Positions 35,601 through 48,600 of a stretch of 64,000 nucleotides of DNA are shown here, piece by piece. Position 1 is the first letter of the stretch. The number at the start of each line of letters is the position of its first letter. Under the pieces are notes generated by a model. It was not told where the DNA came from and made no database searches. It was given only the letters and a program-made list of their open reading frames with translations. This DNA comes from Strigamia acuminata (taxonomy: Eukaryota). The stretch covers positions 28,210,001-28,274,000 of the forward strand of contig OX442314.1 of assembly GCA_949358305.1 (NCBI GenBank), given 5' to 3'. The position numbers and the translations under genes were made by a program.

Positions 35601-38600
35601 TCGATCTGACACTCACACCCTTTGCATCCCTCCAAAATCTCGTTCATGCACTGTTGGAAATATTCTGGTGCCGACGTTATGCCGAATGGCAATCGGTTGA
35701 AACAAAATCGTCCAAAAGGCGTAATAAACGTTGTCAACAATCGGCTGCTCTCTGTCAATGCCACCTGACAAAATCCGTAAAAAGCGTCTAATTTCGTGAA
35801 AAACTTTGACCCCGCCACTGAGGCCAAAGTGATATCCACATCAGGCATCACAGTTCTGAACCTTCTCACGCCCTCATTTAGGGGTATTAAATCAACACAT
35901 GTGCTGTCATAAATGTCAACTTGCTATCCAGTTGTAAAGTCTCGAACCGATCCCGCACCAACTCGTCCTTCAAACTCGCATAGGCGCACGTCTCTATCAA
36001 TGCGACAAGCGACTAAATCCTGACATCCACCTCGCTCTTGATTAGTTCATATTTTGATTGTTGTGTTTCAAAATGGCGCATAGTGATCAAAAACACAAAA
36101 TGGCGCATAGTGATCAAAAACACAAAATGGCGTCAAAAATGCATCAACCGTCTCGCCCGGTTCCTGCTTCCTGCGATGAAATTGTGCATGTTCATAAATT
36201 ATATTACGCTTACCCACGAAATAGTCCTCAAATATCTGTTTCACACTGGCGTATTCTTTCTTCTTCTCAGCCGTCAAGCTCGTTGCCGCCAAAATGTCCT
36301 TCGCTTCGTCGCCCAAACAATAAATTAACGTCGTCATCTGTCTCCATTCACTAGCAATGTTCAGCTCGGACAACTCATGGTACCGCTCGAATCTTCGGAT
36401 CCATTTTGGCCAGCCCTCAGCGCACTTGAAATCGAACGCCGCCGCCATCTTTGGCGCCCGACAAGTCGCTAAAACGCCGCTCTCAACCGTATCCTCCCTT
36501 TCCTCCACCTTGACAACACTCACGCACTCTTCCCACATCCACAAACAATCAAAACCCTCATAAATCACTCAGAAATTCACTTCCGGCACCACGTCGCGAG
36601 TCGTAAACAGAGACCCGTGCGTACGTGTCGGCTAGCTTTATGAACTGTCGCTATCGCGCGCCTATCGCCACCTAGTGGCAAACACCACAGTTCATTTTTG
36701 AAAAATTTAATGCATCGGTAGATGAAGTGGGCGCGGATGATCGCCTTGCTTAAAAGTGGGTTGCGATGCTAAACAGTTTGGGAACCCCTGTACTACAGTA
36801 ACTTATTTGGTCGCGTAAAAACTTCTGGGGCAAAAAGGAGTCGCTAGGAAAATGATTGAGAAGCCCTGGGCAATACTTACAGTATTAGCAGTGTCCATTG
36901 CTGCTTTATCCATCAAAGGGGTTTGGTATCGCCACACTTCTTTTATTGACGGTTTTTTGTTGTTTTTAGTCATATTCATTAAATTGATAAAATGAACATC
37001 ACATTCATTTTTGCCTATTTCTATTGCATATGTCCTCCTGTAACGAGTCATTAATGGTCCATCCTTACATGCGATTAAATTGGGCAAATATAATGTGTTA
37101 TTTTCTTGAATAATTACTACATATCTTGTTGGTTCACTGAGATATAATGTGATTCTTTCTTTGCTCACATAAACTGCCAATACTGCAGAAGTAAATATAA
37201 GAAATAAATTCACTGCAGATTGCAGCAGAAGTTGTATTGGAGGCTGCTGTATCATAACCCGTGAAACACTTTTCTTTTTCTCAATGGCCAAATGTATTTG
37301 CTTAGTAATTTTCTTTTTTATGCCGGCTTTAAATTGAACAGGTCTGACAAATTTAGACAAAATGAGCATAAACATTTGTCCAATTTCAATCAAAGATAGA
37401 AGAGAAAATCCCAAAGAGAATCCCAAATTGCCCCCAAAATCGACCACCAAGTTTGGAATGGTGTAAATGTAGACTTCTGTCATTCTGACAAACAATTCTT
37501 CCAATACTTTCAAATTTAGGCTAAATAGATCTTTGCCATTTGGTTCATCTTCAAAATCTATCAAAAACATTAACAATCTGTTAATTATGCAACAAAATAA
37601 AAGAGATTATAGTTTAACTTGTATCAGTATGCATTATAAACAAATAAACACTCTGTTCACAAGGTCTCAAGCAACCACATTCTTCCGCTGACAGTGTAAT
37701 CGCTGCAAATGCTTTGACATACATTTCAGCCACAATTGATTTGTTTGGTTCTAAACTGCAATCCATCAAATTTTTGTTGGACATATAAGGTAACCTAAGT
37801 TAAAAATCTATGAGTATATCAATGTTGCAATGTTTAATGCAAATCTAACCTGCATCGTAGAGGATTTTTTCTTGTCATACAGTCTTGGTAACATTGGATT
37901 TCTTTTTTCTTATTCGGTTCGCAAGAAGGGTTTCTTGAAGATAAAAATTGATACTGCAATAAAAGAAATGCAGCATTACTATGTTTTGCTGAGCAATCAC
38001 ATAATAAATAAGATGTATGATAATGTTGTTTAATGTCCATCATAAATAAAGAGCACGCACTTAACCCTCTAGATGTTGCCTTTATTCTTGGCAAAGCTCG
38101 AGTGACAACTTTTACTCTCTTACACCTGTAGGTCACAATTCCCAAGTCGCGCCCTCTGGCGTCAGATTACAACATTAAAGGCACAACACGACAAGACGAA
38201 TTAGTGATATCTGATACACTTACTTTTCGAATGAGAAATTGCGTGTCTGATTCAATTCCTGACATCACGGAAAAAGTATATTTGTATGGCATGAGGTCAG
38301 TTAACACAGCCATCTAATATTCAATTATGTAAAAATAAAAGTATAAGTTCACACTGCATAGTAATAAAATAGTAAAAGCAGAGATTTCTTACCGAAATCT
38401 GTGGATTTTCACAGCTTCCATTCTTTTTAAGAATCATATGAATTTTCATATACTGCACTAATTTTCGATCTATAAAGGTTTAGCCAAAACTTTTTAAACT
38501 TAAAACCAAAATTGATTTTTTTTTTATTTTTCTAACCAGAATTAAGGACCAATGATTTTCCACTTATGTAATCTCTATAACTTAGTGAAATTTCTGTGTT

Positions 38601-39211
38601 ATCTTTTCTAGAAATTCCTTCTTTAATTGTTGTTTCATGCAATACAGTTTTACCCTGAAATTACTTGACCAACATGATTCCCATCCAATTTTATGAAAAC
38701 AATAGAAATTAAATACCTGTCTTATCTTTATGTGTTGTAAATTGCTTGAAATGTTGCTTTTCAGCCAGAAATCCGTATAATTCTCAACATTGATTGCTTC
38801 AGAAATCATTCCTTTCAGTGGTAGATAACAAACAAAAAACATTTGAAGCTGGCTTTTCCCTATCGAACCTTCAGCTAATTTATCCCAGTACTCCGATAAA
38901 GATTTGGTATCGAGGCCAAAGTACATCAGTTCCGGGAATGTCAGTTCACCTATTGGAACATATTCAATTTCAACTTTGAAATGTCCAGCAATGTAGTATT
39001 GAATTCTTTCCATTGTTTGGTAACAACAGACGGTGAAACAGACGATCAAAACAACTAACCATACCGCACGGATTAAACCACTCTTTTTTTTGTTGAAAAC
39101 ATTGTCAATAAACTTCAAACTATCTTTGTCTGACAGGGAAGTTTGCACTTCTTGATGCACAAGACAACGGATATGGCTTCGACGAAGCCTAAAAGCATTC
39201 ACCACAGTCAT
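32601..39211 (-). CDS. Tandem two-subunit DEG/ENaC (pickpocket-like) channel protein, copy A, ~837 aa, 12 exons
   Basis: Exons 39211-38717, 38654-38537, 38457-38393, 38313-38224, 37953-37850, 37794-37619, 37557-36881, 35066-34991, 34289-34201, 33458-33357, 33299-33193 and 33015-32601 join without stops. There are two TM1+FP/LP motifs, two Cys-rich thumbs (CGCLRPCEQ, CGCDPPCEE) and two TM2s (DFGGNLGFSLGFSLLSLIE; DIGNSFALMLGFSILAIPE). Confidence 0.88.
34352..34982. mobile_element. Non-autonomous TIR element with TTAA TSD and AG termini (Kolobok-like)
   Basis: TTAA at 34348-51 and 34983-86, with ~255-bp identical TIRs starting AGGTCATGGG. The empty site is present in copy B at ~53674. Confidence 0.85.
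35124..36690 (-). mobile_element. Deleted Ty3/Gypsy retrotransposon remnant in an intron of copy A
   Basis: gag (WPKWIRRFERY...LIYCLG...RKQEPGETVD), RT (FTKLDAFYGFCQ, TPFGRFCFNRLPFG, QIDDIL) and integrase Zn-finger (LHEGHQGI...ARQSVWW) fragments. Confidence 0.9.
38024..38174 (-). mobile_element. Probable solo LTR (151 bp) in an intron of copy A
   Basis: TGTTGT...ACAACA termini and internal AATAAA; absent from the homologous intron in copy B. No clean TSD. Confidence 0.5.
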
Positions 39212-41779
39212 TTTGCATCAAAATCTACCGTGATAATGTGAATGACAACCTTGGACAAACTCATATCAACGCTCAAACTACAATTTTTAATTATAGTTCA
39301 CATTTCTGTTTGAAAATGAATATAAATAATTAATTTCTTTTAAAATTCAGCTGCCTTGAGAACACGAATTGAAAATTCACAGAATTGATTTTTTTTATAG
39401 CCAGTACATGAATTACTAAGAAACTGTATTTCTTCGAATTAAAGTCGTCCTCGATTACAAGTCAAGAGAAAAATTCAGTTTGTGGAATACAAGTCACTGT
39501 CGATTCAGAATTTCACAAAAACAATTACTTACTGGTTGATGTAATTTCTTTTCTTTCTCGGTTCCCTTGCCATTCGTTGTAACGAGGTTCGACTGTATAT
39601 CGTACAAGTGAAACACAAAATTTTATTAATTATAGTGAGTGTGTAGGTACATAATGTAGGCAGTGATCGATTGTTTATCAAAAATTAAAATTTAAATTAA
39701 AATTTTTTTCTACCAGAAACGTAAAAAGTAATAATTATACGCTAAAGTGCATATTTTAATTTTGTCACAAACATCGGAGATAATTATACAATATCATAAT
39801 TATGAGTTTTACACACGAGAGAGATCGGTGCCACCAATCTCCGCTCACCTCCCAGTCAGCCAATCCCGTCGCTCCATCTATTTATTTCCACCACCAGACC
39901 GCGCGAAATTCAATTTCGCCATTTTTGGTGCATGTTTTTTATCGCCGTTAACACGTGTCGTACTGATTGAAAACAACTATTCAAGGTAAGATCCATTTTT
40001 TTTATTATATTTTCTCATTTTTTTAAATGAAATTTTCGTTTCTTTGATGTTGTATTCAATTACATTTCAATTTTTGAAAGAATATTAGATTTTTTTATCT
40101 GGTCACGAATGCATTAATGTGGGTGAAACTCGAAACGAAACGGATGATGAAATGTCAGCTCCAGTAGAACTAGCCCCAAATAAGCCGCTACAGTTACCGA
40201 CATTATCACCCCCGTTTATATTGCAACCTTTATTACCGTTGACAATGTTGCCTGTAATCAAGCCACCACTGCCAACAACCCCAAAACCAAGACAAAGTCC
40301 AGTCCAACTAAGTCTGAAGGCAAATCTTTATATGTTTTGTGGCCAATTAAAACGATTGTCTGTTTTGACATTTAAGTGTAAATTATTTTCCCTAGACAAA
40401 CTAAAGCCGCTGAGTAGAAGACCTGTGCATTAAATGTTGTTAATTTTGGCCAAGAGTTCAGACAAGAGTGTTGTTGTGTATAACTTGAATGATTATTACA
40501 TTATCTATTGTGGTGATCTCAATATATTTCACCAACTTAGAAGATAAATTAATTGTGTCTTCTAATTAATTTGACTGTGGCACTCGCCAAGTCAGATCAT
40601 GTGACCGAGGGGAGAAATCCTCTCTAGGCCCGTATCACCTCAGGTTGTCTGGGGTAAAAACGGCATTGGCCGTTATGGTGCAATATGAGCATTATGGTGC
40701 AATAATCCTTTGTTGCACCAGTTTTAGCTAATTGCGCAGATTATCTGCGCAATATTGAAGCGTGCCGGGCTCGCGCCCTAGCTTCAATCGGGACTCTTGA
40801 CTAAATACACAAACCACAAACATCACTGCTTTTCTGCTCCTGACAAAAAGTATTGATCGTGGACCGTGTATTCCAAGTTTCACCAGCTTGCTTTGTATAA
40901 AATACAAAGCCAGCAATCCTGCTTGAATTAGTCGCAGCTAATTCCAGCTATCGTATCGAGAAGTAGAAGTTCCCGCGTTCAACGTGAACCATCGCCGAGA
41001 CGAGTGCGCGAACACCCGCCGACGCCATCGTACCGAGACCGGACGCCTGTAGACGTGAACCACCGCCACCGAGCCGTCGTACGAGCTACAGAAGGACCCA
41101 CGAGAACCATCGTCGCCAGGACCATCGTTCGTGAGTCGTTTAACGAAGACATCGGCCTTCGTAACAACATTTGTGTTGTCAAGCACCATTTTGACGCTTT
41201 TAGCTTGCAACAGTCGTTGCAAGCCCTTCCATTGTTTCCCCGCTCTTTTATTACCCGACTTGTCGCTTTTTATTATCATATTTTAACTAGTCATTGTAAT
41301 TAAACCGAATAAAACATTTGTGTGATTTTTATATTAAAAACTGTCTTTTTATTTTCCATTAAATTAACCCTAGATAATTTGTGGCCGCGATATAAGTCTA
41401 TTTTAGCATTCACCTGCGGTTGTGAGCATATTATTTAGTAATTTGCCCACGAATAACCCGGATCGCAGCACAATCAATTACTTCAATATGTATATTTTTA
41501 CATGTCATACAAGTAAACAAATGTAAACTCACATGACACATGATAGTTTTATGTAAACCACGTCTAGTGACATGTCTCAAAAACTTAACTTGATGACATG
41601 CAAATAAAATGACTTTGCGCCCTTCTTCAACTTAGTTTTGAGCGCTACTTCAACTGGATGAAGGACGCAAAATCATTTTGACTTTGCGCCCTCATTCAAC
41701 TGGGTTGAATTTCAAAATAAAATTTCCATTGCGCGCTCCGTCAATTTTACTTTTCGCGCTATTTTAACTTGACTTTCCG

Positions 41780-42620
41780 CGCTAATTGAACAACAGCAGA
41801 ATAAACACAATTTTGGATTGAACAACAGCAGAATAAACACAATTTTGAATTGAACAACAGCAAAATAAACACAATTTTGGATTGAACAACAGCAAAATAA
41901 ACGCATTTTCGAATTGAACAACAGCAAAATGAACACATTTTCGAATTGAACAACAGCAAAATAAACACAATTTCAAACGTGCGCACAATGGAATTAACGC
42001 GCATCTGACGTGCGCTCGATTGAAGGTATGCCCAACGGACGTGCGCAATAATTGAAGGAACGAGCAATGAACGAGATTGGAGCATGTGTCCTACCAACCA
42101 TGATTACACTCTGCTGCAACAGGGCCAACCACCACGGCGCGCACGAGCACTAAAGTATGCATGGAATGACATCCGCATCCGCAATATAGTTGCACGATTT
42201 AAGAATGGTGTACTTTCCATTCCTCAATTCGCTGCATTTGTCCCCAGGTGCCCCACATGCCGGGCTGAGGTCGACTACATAATAGTTGCTTTCATTTAAA
42301 TTAAAATTAAATTAAATTAAAAACACCAAAACACCAAGTAATAACATTGAATAACAGCAAAACACCAAGTAATAGCATTGAATAACAGCAAAACACCAAG
42401 TAATAACATTGAATAACAGCAAAACACCAAGTAATAGCATTGAATAACAGCAAAACACCAAGTAATAACATTGAATAACAGCAATTAAAACACCCAAAAT
42501 TATAGTTGAATAACAGCAAAACATTAAAAATTAATGTTGAATAACAGCAAAATACAAAAACTTAAAATTGAACAACAACAAAATATCATTAAAAATCAAA
42601 TGAATAACGGCAAAACACCG
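41780..42620. repeat. TTGAAYAACAGCAAAA-based ~30-31-bp tandem arrays flanking a degenerate transposase-like fragment (42084-42299)
   Basis: Arrays at ~41783-41975 and ~42320-42620. Between them, GQPPRR...KY...D.RIRNIVARF resembles a MULE-type transposase C-terminus, followed by a RING-like CPTCR. Confidence 0.6.
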
Positions 42621-42688
42621 ACTGAATAACTGCAAAATAGCCAAATTATAAATTGAAATCCCGGACGTCTTCGTCAACGAGACCCACC

Positions 42689-45600
42689 TGTTTCCAGCAA
42701 CATGGAGTGTCATGAGCCAGTCACTTGTCTGGACGTTAAATCATTAGTTCCTAGAAAATAAAATTCATTGTTTTTAATTTACAATCTTAAATTAGATTTA
42801 AAAAGGGCTCTTATCTGACACAGTCCAGTTGCAATCCCAGTGATTCTTTAAGTCTCTCAGGTTTTCCTCATGAGTTAATTTTATAATTAACTAACCAATT
42901 AATTTGTATTAATTGAGGAAGCCATTTTGGTGTGATACAGTCCTGATGATTGTTTACATTTGAAATAAGACAAATACCAAGGGTTTTAGTATTTGATAAT
43001 TGATTTGTTATTAATAAGAAAATATTAGAACATATTACAAAAGTTTTTACTTGGATTGGAGTTTTTAACTATTCATTTGTCTAATTAGTATCGGTTGTAA
43101 TGGAGTGATGCTTTCCTATTGGCTGGCTTCATTTCCAAATGCTTTGAGGATGTTTTAAAAGGATTAAAACATTCCTGTTATCTGTTGAGTTAACTGTTAA
43201 TTTAAAATACCTTTTGTGGTCATTATGAATCACTTCATTTTAAGTTATCTGTAGTTTCTCTTGTGTAATTCTCTTTGGAATTTCTGTGCACCTTATACGG
43301 TAGCCTATAGTGTCTATCTGTTTGGTTAAAAATACTGATGTATGGAAGTTCATGAGAGCTTTTCTGAATTCTTCTCTATTTAGTTGATTGTTCAGGAGCA
43401 CACAAGATTGTTGTGAGTGTGCTCTCGGCTTGTTACAAAGAAAATGGATGATTAAACACCTTTTTTATATCGCTGCTGCTTTTATTATGCTCGAGGAGTA
43501 AAACAACTCGCTTTCCCACCGGTGCGTTGTTGGCCCAGCTGGATGTTGTCTCGATTTTGGATCCCAAGCCACTCGTAATTTTTCACCACTATACGATCAG
43601 CCATCGCTCAACCATCATGACAGCAACACAAGGTTTTTTCTGGTGCCTTCTTTGACCAGGATTAAGTCAGATTGCCAAGATCAAGTCAGTTTGTCAGGAT
43701 TACTCCAGATTCCCAGGTTTCCGCCATTATTTCGTTTGTTAAGTCGGTGAATTCAGCAAGAAACGTGCTCGTGTCTACTGGGTCGTCATCAGTGCATGTG
43801 CCGTGCTTGTATGGTCTTCAGTGAAGTGCGCAGCTAGTGTGTGTGTTAATCGGTCGTCGGATAGTGCGTGCAGTTCTCGCCAGGCGTTCAAGCGTCGGAG
43901 TTGTGCCGTACCAGTGCAGTGCAAGAGCAGTGCAAGAGTCATCCGTGCGTCCAAGGTTGTGCATCACCGGAATCCATGGGACATCCAAACACAACGCAAT
44001 CCACAATGGGACACCTGCTTGAAGATGCATTATTATTGTTATTTTTCATTCCGATTAAAAATAAATAATTTGTGCAACTTTTGGGGGTGCAATCAGGCAA
44101 TATCCAGGAGTCAAAACGTTCTCAGTGGGTTAGCTTTTAATAAGTTAGTGTAAAATAAATCGTTTTTGCAGTAATTAGTCAATTAATTCAGTTTAAAAAA
44201 AAAGAGAAAATTCTAGAGTTCTCTTCATTTAAGGAACTGACTCTGGATAGAGGTTTGACTGCAATTGCTCGCTATAACCTCACTAGGAGGAGAGCAAATA
44301 TAAAGTGTTCTTTACATAGACTAGCCACTACAGGAGTGACTGTGGGTGGGGTCAGTGTAGATTACTAAGCAATTCATAGGAGTGTATGTCACTAACATTA
44401 TACTCAATTGGGATCAGTTTTTGCGGGTCCAGGTAGATAGTACCGAATCCCTGACCAGTCACCAGGGACATCCTTGTAGCCTAGCAGACCAGGTGCGTAC
44501 AATATTGATTAGGGACTCCCCTGTGGGTTGCCTTTACCTTTACACACGTACCTGCAAGACAATAAGGATTTTTCACAAAGAATTAAGGACTAATATATCG
44601 AATTACATATTTGAAGATGGCTTCCACTTCAGTTCCAGTTAATCATTCTCAAGAACAATTAGAAGAACTGGCATTTACATGGGAGACAAGAGCAGAGATT
44701 CTCGAGGACATGCTGGACGTCTCCTCAAACCAAACGAATGCAGGGGAACTCGAGGCTTCCTACGAAGCAATACAACAGCAAACTACTACTGTCATCGATG
44801 ACCTGTCAATTCTCCAACCACACCTAGATAGGAAAACTTATTTGGGTTACGTAGTCCGATTGGAGAGAATTGGTGCAAGGCTGATTCACTTGCGGAAAAG
44901 AATGGAGGTAGCCAGCAAGGCTGTAAAGCTGTTGGGTAATGGTGTTGGTCTGCCACCAGCACAGAACACTGGTACCTTTATCGGCTCCGGACGGAAAAGC
45001 AACATGAGGTTGCCAAAGTTTGACATGACGAAATACGATGGAAACCCTTTGCGGTACCAAACATACATGGACATGTTTCAAACTTCCGTGGATGAGAATC
45101 CCGATTTATCTGCAATTGAAAAGTTACAATACTTAAAAGTTACTTGTACCGGCGAGGCGGAGAAAGTCGTGGAATCTTTTCCATTAACCAAAGAAGCCTA
45201 TCCATTGGCTTTAGCCGAATTAAAGCGCAAGTATGGATCTGTAACCACTCAAAAGAATGCATTGATAAAAGCTATTCGAGATGTTAAGGCGGTACCCGAG
45301 TTGTATCCAATAGGTCCTGTGAAGAACTTGCTCACTGCAGTCTCATCTTCAATAAGAACCTTGGAGCAGTTACATGTTCCTGTTCGCACCGGTGGAGCAT
45401 TTTTGGTTCCAGAACTCCTCAAAAAATTTCCCGCTAAAATTTCAAAACATTTTCATCGACAACATGAAGAGGGGACAGAGAATCTCGTACAGTTTACTGA
45501 GTTTGTAGCCGAAGAACTTCGCTTAGCCGAGTTGTCCGAAGAGGTGGTTCTTGCGCATCGCTCTCTCACTAAGAAGACTGACAAGGGGAAATTTGAACAA

Positions 45601-48600
45601 GATTCCAAAGACAAGAAGGGTAGCATGGCTTCTTGCACGTCTTCGCAAGGAGGAAGTCCTCGATCCAAGTCTAGTCCGAAAGCACAAAACTCAGAAAAGC
45701 GTACAAACTTAGAGTGCGTGTTCTGTGAAGGCAAGCATTTCAACGCTCAATGTGATGCAAAACTTGATGCTGCTGCTCGAGTTGAAATAGTAAAACGCAA
45801 AAGGCTTTGTTTTAACTGCTTGCGTCGCAACCATTCAGTTAAAGACTGTACCGTACACTTTAATTGTCGTACCTGTGGAGGAAGACATCATACGATAATA
45901 TGCATGAAGAAAGGGATTGATTCGGAAGTTACCAAACCTGCACAGCAGAAGGACGAAGGTGTAAGTGCGAATGTATCGTTAGCTGTTTCAAGTGGTCTGC
46001 AACTTCGGATCTTTACTGCAAATCTTATCAGGAATTCCGGGGAGCCGTACGTAGTACGCGGACTTATCGATACCGGAAGTCACCGGTCATACATTACTCG
46101 TGCCCTCGCGTCTCACCTGAAATTAAAGAAAAAAGGTTCGATTTCTACCTCAATTCAAAGAGTAGATGATGTGAATCCTCAAGCCACATTTCACGACATA
46201 TTCAAGATTGATTTGAAGTCAAGACATGGTCCGCAAAGAGTCAAGCTGGACATTCTTTGTGCTAATACGCTACCTGCCATTCGTTCAACTAACAATCCAA
46301 AGGTCATTGCACAAGTCCAAAAAATGGGACTTGATTTGGCTGAAGAACTCCCATCTAGTACAAGCGATATCGATATTATTCTAGGAGAAGATTGTTGGTT
46401 TGATGTTGCGTTAGCAGGCCGGAAGAAAGTCAATGAAAAACTCGAATTATTTCAAACGATATTCGGTTGGGTTTTACATGGAAAGACGGGAAATGTCGAC
46501 CTTTTCGAAGAATCACAACAAGTATCTGGTTGCTACGTCTCGTGTTTGGCAGTCGGGGATCCCTTGGAGAAGATTTGGTCACTTGAGTCCATTGGGATCA
46601 ATCCAGGAGAGAAGACAACCGACTTCATACGTGACAGATTCGAGAATAGTTCCAAACGATTGGAAGACGGTCGTTATGAAGTTGTCTTACCGTTCAATGA
46701 CCACATCAACGAGCTCGATTCCAATTGGTCCAATGCACTTCATCAATTAGCTGCTACTCTAAGGAGATTGGATGGTCATCCAGATCTTCAGAAGAGATAT
46801 GATGATGCGATGAATGCTTACCTCGAAGCCAACCATGCCGAGGTGGTTCCTGTTGACGAGATTAACCAAGAATTATTGTATTATATCCCTCACCAACCCG
46901 TAATTCGTGAAGACCGCGAAACCACAAAATTTCGTGTGGTTTTTAATGCGTCGTCATCAAAGAAGGGCTATAGGTCCCTCAACGAGTGTCTGTATCCCGG
47001 GCCGTCGTTAAATCCAGACCTGATTGTCGTGCTCATCCGATTCCGCTTGCATTTCATAGTAGTGATAGCCGACATAAAACAAGCCTTCTTGCAAATAGCC
47101 ATTGCCTTAGGTCATAGAGATGTACTTCGATTTCTTTGGGTTAAGCCGGAATTTTTCCAACAACCATTCAGTTGGGCCAACCTATGGAAGAATCTGATCG
47201 TATTAAGGATGAAAGTTGTACCTTTTGGCGTCATTTCATCGCCTTTTCTACTTTGCGCTTCCATTAGACAACAGGCCAAGCTATTCCAAAACGAATATCC
47301 CAAGGAAGCTGAAGCATTGGACAAAGCCACTTATATGGACGACCTTACAAGTGGGGCAGGTACTCCTGACGACACAGTTGATCATTGCGAGAAGCTCAAG
47401 ACCATCTTGGATGATGCACAGATGCCCTTAGTCAAGTGGGCTACTGGAAACGACAATGTTCACACACAGTTGAAAGAGAAAGGATTCCACATGCGCTATG
47501 AAAGAATAGAAGACGCAGAGTATATTAAAATGCTCGGAGTCAAGTGGGGCGTTATTGAAGATAACATCATGTTTGCGATTGTAGATCGTCAGACTAAGGT
47601 TCAAACGATGCGGGAAATTCTATCTGCGGTTGCATCGGTATTCGATCCGTTGGGACTTTTAGCACCCATCATACTGCCAATGAAGTTGCTGCTTCAGAAA
47701 TTATGGAAAGAATCTGCCAAATGGGATGTACCACTTTCCGAAGAGGATGGAAACGTTGCCGCCCAATGGATCCAAGACATCCAAAGCCTGAACACATTGA
47801 AAGTCGAGAGATGGATGCAAACTCATTCCGGACAGGAAGTTACCGTACACATCTACTGCGATGCTAGTCCGTTAGCATACGGTTGTGCGGTCTATTTTGT
47901 CGACGATGTCAGATTTCGAAGGCTTTTGATGAGTAAATGCCGAGTAGCACCTGTAAAGAAAATAACGTTGCCGAGATTAGAACTAACTGCTGCCGTTTTA
48001 GGAGCTCGTATTGGGAAATACATCAGAGATAATATGAGCACAGAATTTCCAATTAAGGAGATTTCTTACTTTTCTGACTCCATGATTACTTTAGCGTGGA
48101 TACATTCTCCTAAGAACCAATGGAAGCCCTATGTGTCAAATCGGATCTATGAAATAAATAGTCTGTCAAAACCAGAAGAGTGGCATTACGTATCGACACA
48201 AAACAATCCAGCTGACGCGCTAACTCGACCAATGACTTCTGAGGATTTGATAAGTCACCCTCTTTGGTGGAGTGGAAAGATATCAGAGATTGAAGGGATC
48301 ACAAGTGATGTTGTTTTTCCTGCAGAAGAATACAAGGCCGATAACGTCAATCTAGCCACCATAGACACAGGACAGCTGCATATTTCCAATTTCATTCGGA
48401 AATTTAGCTCTTTCCAAAAACTCAAGCGAGTCGTCTCTTACATAATGAAGTGGAAAACACGAAACTTTCGCGCGGGAGAGATCTCGACTGACGAGTTGGA
48501 GTGTAGCGAAGCTGTATTACTCCATCTGTCTCAAGAATTTTATTTTAAAGACGAAATAACCGAGTTGAAAGGCGGAAGAGTAATTGCAAGGAAATCATTG

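Noticed and set aside
33016..38223. DEG/ENaC copy A as a pseudogene (insertions at 34352 and 38024, 1-bp difference at ~37577, 15-bp deletion at ~33145)
   Set aside because: All fall in introns once splice sites are assigned by comparing A with B, and the spliced frame is open.
32601..39211. Two separate adjacent DEG/ENaC genes wrongly merged
   Set aside because: TM2 of module 1 and TM1 of module 2 lie in one continuous open exon in both copies, with no stop between them.
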